64,000 nucleotides of DNA from Clostridia bacterium (GTDB taxonomy: Bacteria > Bacillota > Clostridia > TANB77 > CAG-465). The notes under the pieces are model-generated. The model was not told the DNA's origin. It saw only the letters and a program-made list of their open reading frames with translations, and did not search any database. This document shows positions 51,591 to 63,109 of this stretch, piece after piece. Position 1 is the first letter of the stretch. Every line of letters begins with the position of its first letter. The position numbers and the translations under genes were made by a program. The stretch covers positions 60 through 64,059 of the forward strand of contig JAZSQI010000005.1 in the NCBI GenBank assembly GCA_045537895.1, given 5' to 3'.

Positions 51591-51704
51591 TTAGTCTCCG
51601 TCCACGCAATTGCAATCAGTGCACTGACTACACTGTCCACCACTTGACTGATCCGGGATGCAATCACTTACAAGGAACATTTCTGTTGCTGCATACAAGA
51701 ACAT
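51591..51704 (-). CDS. putative RiPP precursor peptide (37 aa, Cys/Asp-rich)
   Basis: AGGAGG RBS in the last codons of the radical SAM gene; MFLYAATEMFLVSDCIPDQSSGGQCSQCTDCNCVDGD*. Confidence 0.8.
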   Translation of the reverse strand: MFLYAATEMFLVSDCIPDQSSGGQCSQCTDCNCVDGD

Positions 51705-51706
51705 AG

Positions 51707-53116
51707 TTATACCTCCTTCTTTTTATTAGTATAATATATGGTCATCGCATATATGCGAATCACATCAGGTAAACATGATTTGTACAAATTACAGTATGGA
51801 GAAATATGCATAAATGTTTTATATGTAGCATATGTTTGCAAAGGACATGCTCCGGCACAACTGTGCTTCCAAACACACTTGTTACACTCTAAAACATCAC
51901 AAGCTGATGTCTTTGATATATCAGAAAAAATAGTATCAATATCCGATATAATATCCGTCAAATCTGATATGTTTGATTTAGGACATTCAAGTCCTAAACT
52001 ACATGAACCAACAGAACCATCTTGTCCTATTGCAAAGAAATTTTTTCCGGCAGCACAAGCCCTTCTTACAGGTTTTGAAAATGATACATCACCAAATTGG
52101 AAGAACCATCCTAAATCACCATTATTTAGAGCATTTTTCATTATTTCAAAACATTCTTTAAGCACTTCTATACAATGAGATTCATCTTTCAAAATTGCAG
52201 GTCTTCCTGTTTGAGTATCACGCTCAAAAGAAAATCTGAAGAATATTTTTTTGTCTATCATAAATTTAGTTAACTCAGGTAATCCTTCTAAGTTTTCATT
52301 TGTAACTGTTACCATGATAGAGGGTCTTATACCTTCATTAATAAGATTATCTACTCCTCTCATTGCTAATTTATAGCTGCCTGTCCCATCTGCCTTTATT
52401 CTATTTTGGTCATGGTAGTTTTCAATACCGTCAATAGAAATTCCTACAGATATGTGGTTTTCGGCTATATACTTTGCAATCTCTGGTGTAATTAATGTTC
52501 CATTTGTTGGAATTACATAACGAACATTAATATCTCCACAATTTTTTAAGCAATATGATACAATCTCTTTTATCGTATCAAATCTCATAAGTGGCTCCCC
52601 ACCAACAAGCATTAAACACAGCTTTTTATAGTTATGCTTTCTACATGAATCAAACATTTTATCTATAGACTCATACATAACACAACTGCTCATACTTGAG
52701 TGTGACTTATGAATATAACAATACTTGCATTTAAGATTACAATCATTTGTTATATGAAGCCAACACGTAAGCTCACGATTCCATTTAGTTTTTTCATAAA
52801 CAATATTAGGAGTATTTAACATTTGCTTTTCTACCAAGGAACTTATAATTGCTTTTGCCATTTCAGCTTCATTACCACAAAAACCCATTTCATTAATAAC
52901 CGTTTGCATATTTTTCTTTCCATCAAACATTCTTATTAAATCTACTATTTTTTTCCCTACAGTAAGCACTCCTCCATAACCTACAGGATTATACAGCAAG
53001 TATACATCCTCATTATACCGGTTTTCTTGCTTAGGTATAGCAAGGTCAATCAGTAGCTGCTTTGGAACAGTAATAATACTTTTTTCATCTAACATTAATT
53101 TATTTTCTCCTCTCAT
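51707..53116 (-). CDS. radical SAM/SPASM peptide maturase with N-terminal RRE-like domain (likely start 53095)
   Basis: CNLKCKYC, GGEP, SPASM Cys set (CAAG...SC...CNKC..KHSCAGAC...YC); ~110-aa PqqD-like N-terminus. Confidence 0.88.
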   Translation of the reverse strand: MRGENKLMLDEKSIITVPKQLLIDLAIPKQENRYNEDVYLLYNPVGYGGVLTVGKKIVDLIRMFDGKKNMQTVINEMGFCGNEAEMAKAIISSLVEKQMLNTPNIVYEKTKWNRELTCWLHITNDCNLKCKYCYIHKSHSSMSSCVMYESIDKMFDSCRKHNYKKLCLMLVGGEPLMRFDTIKEIVSYCLKNCGDINVRYVIPTNGTLITPEIAKYIAENHISVGISIDGIENYHDQNRIKADGTGSYKLAMRGVDNLINEGIRPSIMVTVTNENLEGLPELTKFMIDKKIFFRFSFERDTQTGRPAILKDESHCIEVLKECFEIMKNALNNGDLGWFFQFGDVSFSKPVRRACAAGKNFFAIGQDGSVGSCSLGLECPKSNISDLTDIISDIDTIFSDISKTSACDVLECNKCVWKHSCAGACPLQTYATYKTFMHISPYCNLYKSCLPDVIRIYAMTIYYTNKKKEV

Positions 53117-53186
53117 ATATTATATTTTTAATTATATTTCTCATTTAGCTTATTAAAACTAAACATTCGTAAGTTACTGTTTCGCA

Positions 53187-53215
53187 ATTATATCACATTT
53201 ACATAATTTTTTCAA
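53187..53215 (-). promoter_or_regulatory. sigmaA promoter of the radical SAM-peptide unit
   Basis: TTGAAA-N17-TATAAT with extended TG. Confidence 0.65.
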
Positions 53216-53281
53216 GTAAAATAGAAAAAGAGCTCTATATAAAAGCTCCTTAAACTATTTTTTAGTCTTACAACATATATT

Positions 53282-53461
53282 TTAGCTTGTAAATACAGCT
53301 GCCATCCATATTAACACAAATAATGTTATAAGTGCTAAAATTATTTTTGCGTTAGATATTTTTATAGATATAATGCCTTTTTTCTTAAAAAAATAATCCG
53401 CTATGTACATTGTTATTATTGATAATAAATTAATCAAAAACATAATAAACCACAAAAGCAT
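53282..53461 (-). CDS. small two-TM protein (59 aa)
   Basis: GGAGG RBS + ATG; MLLWFIMFLINLLSIITMYIADYFFKKKG...; below the ORF-track cutoff. Confidence 0.55.
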   Translation of the reverse strand: MLLWFIMFLINLLSIITMYIADYFFKKKGIISIKISNAKIILALITLFVLIWMAAVFTS

Positions 53462-53666
53462 TTTAAATTCCTCCCACTACACATATTAATATTTTCCAAT
53501 CTTTTTATTTAAAAAGACATTTATTTTTAAAGCTTATACATTATACTCTCCCTATTTTATTTTGTCAATAAAAAAGTTGGTATATAGACTAAGTCATTCG
53601 GTCAGTCAGTAAAAAAGCCAATATATAGAATATATCTATATACTAGCTTTTATTTTTATTTACAAA

Positions 53667-53903
53667 TTAAACATTTGCTTTTATATACTCAACAACATCA
53701 CCAACTGTTGAAATCTTTTCAGCATCAGCCTCTGGAATTTCAATATCAAATTCTTCTTCTAAAGCCATTATTAATTCAACTATATCTAAAGAATCTGCTC
53801 CTAAATCATCAATAAATGTGGTATCCATTGTTATTATTTCAACATCTTCTACACCTAGTTGTTCAGAAATAACATCTCTTACTTTTTCAAAAACACCTTC
53901 CAC
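53667..53903 (-). CDS. acpP: acyl carrier protein
   Basis: DLGADSLD phosphopantetheine site; start set at the GTG after GGAGG. Confidence 0.96.
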   Translation of the reverse strand: MEGVFEKVRDVISEQLGVEDVEIITMDTTFIDDLGADSLDIVELIMALEEEFDIEIPEADAEKISTVGDVVEYIKANV

Positions 53904-54020
53904 TTTATTCACCTCCCAATAATAGTTAGTCTTTATATGTGTATTATCTACTATTTTATTATACTTGTCAATAGCTATTTTGTATTTTTTATATAATTCA
54001 CATATTTATATATATGTATT

Positions 54021-55028
54021 TTATTCCTCTATATTCTCAGTTATCTCTTTAATTAAGTCATTTTTTAATATTTCATCTGCTTGATATATAGCCGTCTCAT
54101 AGTTATTAGCCCTAGCATTTCCGTGTATTTTAATAACTGGTTTTCTAATTCCTAATAAAACTGCTCCTCCATATCTTGTATAATCATATTTGTACAAGGC
54201 TTTTTCTATCAAACTTTTTGCTACTAACGCTCTTATTTTGCTGAATAAATTTTTCTTCATTTCAGTTACAAGAGCCGTTTTCATGGTTTTAGCAGTTCCC
54301 TCCATTGATTTTAAAGCAACATTTCCCATTAACCCTTGAGCCACAACAACATCTGCTTTTCCTGTTAAAATATATCTTGCTTCTATATTTCCAATAAACT
54401 CTGGAAATCTTTCAGTAAGCTGTTTATTTGCATCTTTTAACTCTTGAGATCCCTTCTCATTTTCTGCTCCTATATTTAAAAGAGCAATCTTTACATCTTT
54501 TTTCTTTTGAACTAACGATGCATATATTTTTCCCATTTTAGCATACTGCAACATAGAAATAGTTGCAGCATCTACATTAGCGCCACAATCTAGCAATATT
54601 GTCCCTTTTGAATTTGCTGTAGGAAGTATTGTAATAAGTGCAGGTCTATGAATTCCTTTTATTCTTTTTAGTTTCAAAAGTCCTCCTGCCATTATTGCAC
54701 CAGTGCTACCTGCAGATATAAAGACAGTATCATCATGTTCCTTCATATAGTCATATGCTTTTACAATGCTTGATTCTTTTTTATTCTTAATTGCAAAAGC
54801 TGGTTCATCATTATTTGTTATTACATCTTTAGCATCAATTATCTTTATTTTTTCTAATATTTCATTAGCTTTATCTGCTTTATATTCTTTTTCTAAAACA
54901 TCCTTTATTTTGTCTTCGTCACCAACTAAAGTTATTGTTGCATCAGTATTTTTAGCTGCTTTTATACTTCCTAATACTGCAGGCTCAATCCCATTATCAG
55001 AGCCATTTATATCTATTAATATTTCCAT
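54021..55028 (-). CDS. plsX: phosphate acyltransferase PlsX
   Basis: SAGSTGA, RPAL, DCGAN, NIGAE, GNVALK, YGGA. Confidence 0.93.
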   Translation of the reverse strand: MEILIDINGSDNGIEPAVLGSIKAAKNTDATITLVGDEDKIKDVLEKEYKADKANEILEKIKIIDAKDVITNNDEPAFAIKNKKESSIVKAYDYMKEHDDTVFISAGSTGAIMAGGLLKLKRIKGIHRPALITILPTANSKGTILLDCGANVDAATISMLQYAKMGKIYASLVQKKKDVKIALLNIGAENEKGSQELKDANKQLTERFPEFIGNIEARYILTGKADVVVAQGLMGNVALKSMEGTAKTMKTALVTEMKKNLFSKIRALVAKSLIEKALYKYDYTRYGGAVLLGIRKPVIKIHGNARANNYETAIYQADEILKNDLIKEITENIEE

Positions 55029-55592
55029 TTATTCTATCCCCTTTAATATGAATTTTCCTTTAAATCTTAACTGATTTTCCTTGTCATATATTTTTACCCA
55101 CACTATATAATTTGTATCTCTTTTTTTCTTAACTTCAGCATGAGCATAAACAACTTCATTTTTTAATATTTTCTTCACATATTTTATATTTGCTATTCCA
55201 ACAAGTGCCACTTTACTCGGTATAATACTTATTGCTAAACTCTCTGCCATTGAATAAATATGGTAACCCTTTATTACATCTGTGTTTTCAAATGACATGT
55301 AATCTTTCGTTTCCATCACAGAAATAGCCTTTTCACCTGGGGTATATTCTATTATATTACCTATTATTTCTTCCTTGCTAAGAGATACTATTTTTTTTAC
55401 ATTTTCAGAAGCCCTATCTTTTATTCTTTCTCTAACTTCTTTAATTCCCAATCTAGCTCTATCTAATCTTATTGTATTTATACTTACGTTAAAATATTCT
55501 GCTAGTTTCTCATCATTAGCAAAAGGTTCATTCTCTAAATATTTAATTATTTCTTTATTTCTTTCTTTTCTAGCATAATCATTTCTTGGCAC
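55029..55592 (-). CDS. fapR: fatty acid biosynthesis repressor FapR
   Basis: PF..DE.LA..F.VS..TIRLDR HTH plus thioesterase-like domain; upstream of plsX. Confidence 0.9.
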   Translation of the reverse strand: MPRNDYARKERNKEIIKYLENEPFANDEKLAEYFNVSINTIRLDRARLGIKEVRERIKDRASENVKKIVSLSKEEIIGNIIEYTPGEKAISVMETKDYMSFENTDVIKGYHIYSMAESLAISIIPSKVALVGIANIKYVKKILKNEVVYAHAEVKKKRDTNYIVWVKIYDKENQLRFKGKFILKGIE

Positions 55593-55714
55593 TTAAATTC
55601 ACCTCTTAGTTATTTTACTATACTTACTTCTTTTTTTCAATCTTTTAAATACAATAAATAAATTTTAAAAATTTGGAGATAATATTTATACAAACTACTT
55701 GAAAGGAAAGAAAA

Positions 55715-56245
55715 ATGAATTCAAAAATGTTAACAGATTTAGTAAAAAAAGCATATGTATCTCTTCAAGAAACTTTAAATTTACCGACTATTGAAAGCCT
55801 AAAAAACATTGATTGGTCGGATATTAGTAACATTATTACAACTATCGGAGGTATATTAATTTTAATTGTTTTTTCTGCATTTGCGTTATGGTTAATTAAA
55901 GCAATTGGGCTGTATAAAATGGCCAAAAACAAAGATGATAAATTTGCTTTTCTTGCTTTTGTTCCTTACGGTTCATCATTTGTAATGGGAAGAATTGTTG
56001 GAAAAACAAAATTATTCAAAATAGAGATAGATTATCCTGAATATCTATTACCCGCATTAATTATAACTATGATGCTGCCAGTAAGTAGCTCATTATCAAC
56101 TATACTTTTTGTGTTTTTTTACTACGGATTATTGTATAAACTATATAAATTAAAATGGAAAGGCTTTGCGCTAGTTGCACTATTTATTTCTTTATTTGTT
56201 CCTGTGTTTCAACCAATCTTTTTGTTCTTTCTTAGAAATATGTAA
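55715..56245 (+). CDS. hypothetical membrane protein
   Basis: Several TMs, GLYKMAK...LAFVPY motif. Confidence 0.7.
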   Translation: MNSKMLTDLVKKAYVSLQETLNLPTIESLKNIDWSDISNIITTIGGILILIVFSAFALWLIKAIGLYKMAKNKDDKFAFLAFVPYGSSFVMGRIVGKTKLFKIEIDYPEYLLPALIITMMLPVSSSLSTILFVFFYYGLLYKLYKLKWKGFALVALFISLFVPVFQPIFLFFLRNM

Positions 56246-56267
56246 AAAAGAAGCCCCTCGGCTTCTT

Positions 56268-56669
56268 TTATTTTTTAATTTTCTCAAGCATGTAAAACCT
56301 TGCTACCCATAACCCTTCTAATATTGAACATAGAATTGAAATCATGCATTGATATTCATTTTGAATTAGCACAAAGTTAATTACTAGTTTACATATTGAA
56401 TATATTGTTATTATTTCTTTTATATTAGATGTCATCGATAGATTTCTTTTTACTACTTGAAAACCCAAATAACAAACTAAATATATGTTAGAAAAAAGCA
56501 CATAAATAGCCATCTCTGGATTTTTTGAAACTTGTAATACTCCGATTAGTATAATCAAAATATTAACTCCTACTATTCTCCACAATAAGTCTAATTGTTG
56601 GCCACACTTTAAGGTCATAATTATCTCCCTTCCAAAATTCCTCTGTATAATATTATACACCACATTCAT
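56268..56669 (-). CDS. hypothetical membrane protein (start probably ~56618)
   Basis: Hydrophobic ORF ending at the shared terminator 56248-56267. Confidence 0.55.
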   Translation of the reverse strand: MNVVYNIIQRNFGREIIMTLKCGQQLDLLWRIVGVNILIILIGVLQVSKNPEMAIYVLFSNIYLVCYLGFQVVKRNLSMTSNIKEIITIYSICKLVINFVLIQNEYQCMISILCSILEGLWVARFYMLEKIKK

Positions 56670-56681
56670 TATTATGTCAAT

Positions 56682-57506
56682 TTGTATATTTTCACAACAA
56701 CAAATATACCACTTATCTTCTATTTTTGTGATATTTTTGATATAATATATATGGTGATAATATTGAATAAATATATAGATTGGTTAAAAGATATTAAAAT
56801 AGCTCATAGGGGCTTGCATAATTTAAACAAAGGCATTCCAGAAAATACAATTATATCATTTGAAGAAGCCATAAAACGAAATGTTGCTATTGAATTAGAC
56901 GTTCATATTTTAAAAGATAATACCATTGTAGTTTTCCATGACGATGATTTAAATAGATGTTGTAATATAAATAAAAAAATTAAAGACTGCTCAATAGATG
57001 AAATTAAGAAATATAGGCTTTTGGGCACTGAACATAAAATACCTACTCTTGTAGATACATTAGATTATATCGACTCACGAGTTCCTGTAATCATAGAAAT
57101 AAAAACAGATATAAAAGCAAGTATTATTTGCCCTATTCTATTAAATATATTAGAAAAATATAATGGTAAAATAGCTATTAAATCATTTGATCCTAGAATG
57201 TGTATTTGGTTTAAGAAAAATGCTCCAAAATATGTTAGAGGATTACTTGTAACCGATTTTAGAAACGAAAAAAAACATAAATTATTAAAAAAATTATTTA
57301 TCACAAGCTTAATTTTTATGAAAGTAGCAAAACCAGACTTTTTATCAGTGAATAAAAATATGCTTAAGAGTAAAAAGATTAAAAAACTTCGTTTAAAAAA
57401 CAAATTAATTATCGGCTGGACATTCAGAAGTAATTATGAACTTCTAAAACATGAAAATTATTGCGATAGCTATATATGTGAAGAAAAAGATGAGATTTAT
57501 ATTTAA
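56682..57506 (+). CDS. glycerophosphodiester phosphodiesterase (true start probably ~56754-56763)
   Basis: IAHRG, PENT, IELDV, VVFHD, IEIK, SFD. Confidence 0.9.
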   Translation: MYIFTTTNIPLIFYFCDIFDIIYMVIILNKYIDWLKDIKIAHRGLHNLNKGIPENTIISFEEAIKRNVAIELDVHILKDNTIVVFHDDDLNRCCNINKKIKDCSIDEIKKYRLLGTEHKIPTLVDTLDYIDSRVPVIIEIKTDIKASIICPILLNILEKYNGKIAIKSFDPRMCIWFKKNAPKYVRGLLVTDFRNEKKHKLLKKLFITSLIFMKVAKPDFLSVNKNMLKSKKIKKLRLKNKLIIGWTFRSNYELLKHENYCDSYICEEKDEIYI

Positions 57507-57534
57507 AATCCCATCTTTTAATACATTGTTTTTA

Positions 57535-57948
57535 TTAGAAATAATTAAACCATCTTTTATCATCATTCTTTTGAAAGAAATCTTTAATAATGCATATTAT
57601 ATCATATATTATCATGCAAAAATTCATGATAATAAATACTCCCATTGATACACATACCATTGACATATTAATGTACCAACAACACACTATATGAATTAGT
57701 GATATAACTATACCCAATAAATTAACAATAAAAGTTTTCTTCCTTTGTTTAGTAGTAATATACCAAATAAAATGGATTGCACATAGAAATGCCATTGCTA
57801 CTATCAAAATGAGTACTCCAACAACATTTAAAACATCATTTAAGAATCCAAGGCCATCTGCAATCATTCCTGCTAAATAAATAATTCCCCCTAAACCATA
57901 TATTTGTACTATTTCTTTTCCAAGCTGCTGTCTAAGTTTTTCCTTCAT
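57535..57948 (-). CDS. small 4-TM membrane protein
   Basis: Hydrophobic; resembles 57962..58360. Confidence 0.7.
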   Translation of the reverse strand: MKEKLRQQLGKEIVQIYGLGGIIYLAGMIADGLGFLNDVLNVVGVLILIVAMAFLCAIHFIWYITTKQRKKTFIVNLLGIVISLIHIVCCWYINMSMVCVSMGVFIIMNFCMIIYDIICIIKDFFQKNDDKRWFNYF

Positions 57949-57961
57949 AATAACACATCCT

Positions 57962-58360
57962 TTAACGATTTTCTCTTCTCACTATTTTACTATATACAGA
58001 ATAGACATCAATTAAGTCCATTATAAAAAGTATAATTACAAAAAGTAAATAAATTAATGTAAGTACAAATGAAGGCCACATGCTCCAGAATCCGTAGAAA
58101 AACAAACTAGCTGCCCCAATTAATAGTGTAAATAAATGAATTGTTGCTGATTTAAGATACTTAATGTTATTATTAAACCAACTGCATGATATTGATATAG
58201 AGAAAACTATACTCGCAAGAAGGAGTGGCAATGAAACTAAGTATTCTAGATAGTTACTCAAGTAACCATATGCATCACATATTACTCCTAAAACATACAT
58301 AAGTATCGCAAGTAAATGTATTTTTGTCTTATCGTTTTTTATTGTTTCCATTAACTTCAT
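57962..58360 (-). CDS. small 4-TM membrane protein
   Basis: Hydrophobic, GGAGG RBS. Confidence 0.7.
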   Translation of the reverse strand: MKLMETIKNDKTKIHLLAILMYVLGVICDAYGYLSNYLEYLVSLPLLLASIVFSISISCSWFNNNIKYLKSATIHLFTLLIGAASLFFYGFWSMWPSFVLTLIYLLFVIILFIMDLIDVYSVYSKIVRRENR

Positions 58361-58442
58361 ATTCTTCCTCCTAAAATTTTATTCAGATTTATATATTTTG
58401 CCAAAACATTATATCATTTTTTGTTGCTTATGTCAACAAAAA

Positions 58443-58468
58443 GCACGTTTAGTTAATACTAAACGTGC
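58443..58468 (-). terminator. tuf terminator
   Basis: GCACGTTTAGT-taat-ACTAAACGTGC followed by a T-tract on the minus strand. Confidence 0.75.
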
Positions 58469-58496
58469 AATTATATATCTCTATTTAATTATAGAA

Positions 58497-59699
58497 TTAA
58501 GCGATTATGTTAGAAACATTACCTGCTCCTACTGTTCTACCACCTTCACGGATAGCGAATTTTAATCCTTTTTCTATAGCTATTGGAGTTATAAGTTTAA
58601 TTTTCATTGTTACGTTATCTCCTGGCATTACCATTTCTTTATCTTTTGGTAATTCAATAACACCTGTAACGTCAGTTGTTCTGAAATAGAATTGTGGTCT
58701 ATATCCTTGGAAGAATGGAGTATGTCTTCCACCTTCTTCTTTAGTTAAGATATAAACTTCAGCTTCGAATTCAGTATGAGGTTGAATAGAACCTGGTTTA
58801 GCAAGTACTTGACCTCTTTCAACTTCTGTTCTTTGAACTCCTCTTAGAAGTACACCAGCGTTATCTCCACATTGTGCTTCTGCAAGTTCTTTTCTGAACA
58901 TTTCGATTCCAGTTACTACTGTTTTCTTAGTTTCGTCAGTTAATCCAACGATTTCAACTTCTTCAGAAACTTTTAATGTTCCTCTTTCAATTCTACCAGT
59001 TACAACTGTTCCTCTACCTGTAATAGTGAACACGTCTTCAATAGGCATTAAGAAAGGTTTATCAGTGTCTCTTTCTGGAGTTGGAATGTAAGAGTCAACT
59101 GCTGCCAATAATTCTTGAATTGGTGCATATTCTGGAGCACTTGGATCTGTTGAAGCACATTCTAATGCTTTTAATGCAGAACCTTTAACGATTGGAGTAT
59201 CGTCTCCAGGGAAATCATATTTAGATAATAAATCTCTGATATCCATTTCAACTAATTCTAATAATTCTTCATCGTCAACTTGATCGCATTTGTTCATGAA
59301 TACAACGATGTAAGGAACACCAACTTGTCTAGCAAGTAATATATGTTCTCTTGTTTGTGGCATTGGGCCATCAGCTGCAGAAACAACTAGGATAGCACCG
59401 TCCATTTGTGCAGCACCAGTGATCATGTTTTTAACATAGTCTGCGTGTCCTGGACAGTCAACGTGTGCATAGTGTCTATTTGCAGTTTCATATTCAACGT
59501 GAGCTGTAGAAATTGTGATTCCTCTTGCTCTTTCTTCTGGAGCACCATCGATTTGATCGTATGCTTTAAATTCTGCTCCACCAGATAATGATGCTACTTT
59601 TGTAATAGCAGCTGTTAATGTTGTTTTACCATGGTCAACGTGACCGATTGTTCCAACATTACAGTGTGGTTTAGTTCTTTCAAACTTAGCTTTTGCCAT
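58497..59699 (-). CDS. tuf: elongation factor Tu
   Basis: [17 protein letters not shown]. Confidence 0.99.
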   Translation of the reverse strand: MAKAKFERTKPHCNVGTIGHVDHGKTTLTAAITKVASLSGGAEFKAYDQIDGAPEERARGITISTAHVEYETANRHYAHVDCPGHADYVKNMITGAAQMDGAILVVSAADGPMPQTREHILLARQVGVPYIVVFMNKCDQVDDEELLELVEMDIRDLLSKYDFPGDDTPIVKGSALKALECASTDPSAPEYAPIQELLAAVDSYIPTPERDTDKPFLMPIEDVFTITGRGTVVTGRIERGTLKVSEEVEIVGLTDETKKTVVTGIEMFRKELAEAQCGDNAGVLLRGVQRTEVERGQVLAKPGSIQPHTEFEAEVYILTKEEGGRHTPFFQGYRPQFYFRTTDVTGVIELPKDKEMVMPGDNVTMKIKLITPIAIEKGLKFAIREGGRTVGAGNVSNIIA

Positions 59700-59852
59700 T
59701 TTAAATTCCTCCTTAATATAAATAAATTATACTCTTTTAATTAATGTTTACACATTATTTTAAATTATTTTACTATAAAATACCAGCTTTTGCAACACAT
59801 AAACCAGTATTTTATAGTTTAATTTACAAATTTTTAATATAGTTTTAATAAA

Positions 59853-61937
59853 TTAGTCTTCTTTTTTAGCTCTTGAAGAAACGATTGTATCAAGTACTGA
59901 TTTTGGAACTTCTTCATAGTGACTTGGTTCCATAGAGTAAGTACCTCTACCTTGAGTCTTACTTCTTAAGTCAGTAGCATAACCAAACATTTCAGATAAT
60001 GGAATAAATGAATGGATTTCTGTTGTTCCATTATTTGTGTCCATACCTTCAAGTCTACCACGTCTAGAGTTAACGTCTCCAATAACATCTCCCATGTATT
60101 CTTCTGGAACTGTTATTTCAACTTTCATTACAGGTTCTAATAATACTGCTCCACCTTGACGGCAAGCTTCTTTAAATGCCATAGATCCTGCAATATGGAA
60201 TGCTGCTTCAGATGAGTCAACGTCATGGTAAGAACCATCTACTAATGCAACTTTAACGTCAACAACTGGGTAACCAGCAAGAACACCAGCTTTCATAGCT
60301 TCTTGAACACCTTCATCTGTTGGTTTAACATATTCCTTAGGAACAACACCACCAACGATTTTAGATTCAAATTGATATCCTTTACCAGCTTCGTTTGGCT
60401 CAACTTCTAACCAAACGTGACCATATTGTCCTCTACCACCAGATTGACGTATAAATTTACCTTCAACCTTAACTGGTTTCTTAATAGTTTCTTTATATGC
60501 AACTTGTGGTTTACCAACATTACAATCAACATGGAATTCACGTTTTAATCTATCAACGATGATATCTAAGTGTAATTCACCCATACCTGCGATAACTGTT
60601 TGACCAGTTTCTTGGTTTGTATATGTTTTGAAAGATGGATCTTCTTCAGCAAGTTTTGCTAAAGCTACGCCCATTTTTTCTTGGTCAGCTTTTGATTTTG
60701 GCTCAATAGCTATATCAATAACTGGATCTGGGAATTCAATTGATTCAAGTATTATTGGATGTTGTTCGTTACATAGTGTATCACCAGTAGCAACGTCTTT
60801 TAGTCCAACTGCTGCAGCGATGTCTCCTGCATAAACTTTATCAATATCTTTTCTTTCATTTGAGTGCATTTGAAGAATTCTTCCGATTCTTTCTTTTTTA
60901 CCTTTATTTGCATTGTAAACGTATGAACCACTTTCTAATGTTCCAGAGTAAACTCTGAAGAAAGTTAATTTTCCTACGAATGGGTCAGTAGCAATTTTAA
61001 ATGCTAATGCTGCAAATGGTTCACTGTCAGATGAAGGTCTTTCATCTTCTTCACCATTTTCAAGTACACCTTTTATAGCTGGTACATCAAGTGGTGATGG
61101 CATATAATCAACTATAGCATCTAAAAGCTTTTGAACACCTTTGTTTTTATATGATGTTCCACAAGTTACAGGAACCATTTTGTTTTCTATTGTTGATTGT
61201 CTGATACATTTTTTGATTTCTTCTATAGAAAGTTCTTCGCCTTCTAAGTATTTCATCATTAATTCATCGTCAAATTCAACAATATGATCTAATAATTCAG
61301 ATCTGTATTTTTCAGCTTCTGCTTTCATGTCTTCAGGAATTTCTTCTTCACGAATATCTTTTCCTAATTCATCATAATAAACATAAGCTTTCATTTCAAC
61401 TAGATCTATAATACCTTTAAATGTATCTTCTTTACCTATTGGTAATTGAATAGGCACTGCATTTGCACCTAATCTTGTTCTTAACATGTTTACACAGTTA
61501 TAGAAATCTGCACCCATGATATCCATTTTATTTACATATATCATTCTTGGTACGCTATATTTATTTGCTTGTCTCCATACAGTTTCAGATTGTGGTTGAA
61601 CTCCACCTTTAGCACAAAGTACTGTTACAGAACCATCTAGAACTCTTAGAGATCTTTCAACTTCAATTGTAAAGTCAACGTGTCCTGGTGTGTCGATAAT
61701 ATTTATTCTGTTATTATTCCAGAAACAAGTTGTAGCAGCTGAAGTAATTGTTATACCCCTTTCTTGTTCTTGCTCCATCCAGTCCATAGTTGCGCTACCA
61801 TCGTGAGTTTCTCCTATTTTATGATTTACACCTGTATAGAAAAGTATTCTTTCAGTAGTGGTTGTTTTACCAGCATCAATGTGAGCCATGATACCAATAT
61901 TTCTTGTCCTCTCAAGAGGATATTCTCTATTTGCCAC
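59853..61937 (-). CDS. fusA: elongation factor G
   Basis: [24 protein letters not shown]. Confidence 0.99.
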   Translation of the reverse strand: MANREYPLERTRNIGIMAHIDAGKTTTTERILFYTGVNHKIGETHDGSATMDWMEQEQERGITITSAATTCFWNNNRINIIDTPGHVDFTIEVERSLRVLDGSVTVLCAKGGVQPQSETVWRQANKYSVPRMIYVNKMDIMGADFYNCVNMLRTRLGANAVPIQLPIGKEDTFKGIIDLVEMKAYVYYDELGKDIREEEIPEDMKAEAEKYRSELLDHIVEFDDELMMKYLEGEELSIEEIKKCIRQSTIENKMVPVTCGTSYKNKGVQKLLDAIVDYMPSPLDVPAIKGVLENGEEDERPSSDSEPFAALAFKIATDPFVGKLTFFRVYSGTLESGSYVYNANKGKKERIGRILQMHSNERKDIDKVYAGDIAAAVGLKDVATGDTLCNEQHPIILESIEFPDPVIDIAIEPKSKADQEKMGVALAKLAEEDPSFKTYTNQETGQTVIAGMGELHLDIIVDRLKREFHVDCNVGKPQVAYKETIKKPVKVEGKFIRQSGGRGQYGHVWLEVEPNEAGKGYQFESKIVGGVVPKEYVKPTDEGVQEAMKAGVLAGYPVVDVKVALVDGSYHDVDSSEAAFHIAGSMAFKEACRQGGAVLLEPVMKVEITVPEEYMGDVIGDVNSRRGRLEGMDTNNGTTEIHSFIPLSEMFGYATDLRSKTQGRGTYSMEPSHYEEVPKSVLDTIVSSRAKKED

Positions 61938-61964
61938 TTTAAATTACCTCCTAAACTCTTTGGT

Positions 61965-62468
<504 letters not shown>

Positions 62469-62539
62469 TTAAATTTCTGTTAGTGCTTTTATTAAAACTA
62501 CTTATTTGTATATTTTAAAATCAAGCACCATGAAGTCTA

Positions 62540-62953
62540 TTACTTCTTAGCTTTTTTAGCTCCATATTTTGATTTAGATTGTACTCTTCCAGCAACTCCT
62601 GCTGTATCTAGTACTCCTCTGATGATATGGTATCTAACACCAGGAAGATCTTTTACTCTTCCTCCTCTTATAAGAACAACACTGTGCTCTTGTAAGTTGT
62701 GACCTATACCTGGAATATAAGCTGAAACTTCCATTCCGTTTGTAAGTCTAACTCTGGCTACTTTTCTTAAAGCAGAGTTTGGTTTTTTAGGAGTTTGAGT
62801 TTTTACTACTGTACATACACCTCTTTTTTGTGGTGAAGATACATCTGTAGCTATTTTTCTTCTAGAGTTGTATCCTCTTTGCAAAGCTGGTGATTTAGAT
62901 TTAGTAGTTTTATCTTCTCTTCCTTTTCTAACTAACTGGCTAAATGTTGGCAC
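62540..62953 (-). CDS. rpsL: 30S ribosomal protein S12
   Basis: [21 protein letters not shown]. Confidence 0.99.
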   Translation of the reverse strand: MPTFSQLVRKGREDKTTKSKSPALQRGYNSRRKIATDVSSPQKRGVCTVVKTQTPKKPNSALRKVARVRLTNGMEVSAYIPGIGHNLQEHSVVLIRGGRVKDLPGVRYHIIRGVLDTAGVAGRVQSKSKYGAKKAKK

Positions 62954-63109
62954 TTGACTTCACCTCCTTAAATTAATAAAATCGCTTGTCATTTTGAAGT
63001 GTTACAAATATATTACAAAAACACCTCAACATGCTATATTATTATAACATTTAAGGTGCTTACGTGTCAATAAAAATTGTTAATATTTAGCAAAATCTAG
63101 TTATATTTT

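Noticed and set aside
51707-53116. Anaerobic sulfatase maturase or SCIFF maturase
   Set aside because: No sulfatase nearby; it has an RRE-like N-terminus and a coupled peptide that does not resemble SCIFF.
53560-55680. FapR operator palindromes
   Set aside because: No convincing match to the known palindrome in this AT-rich sequence.
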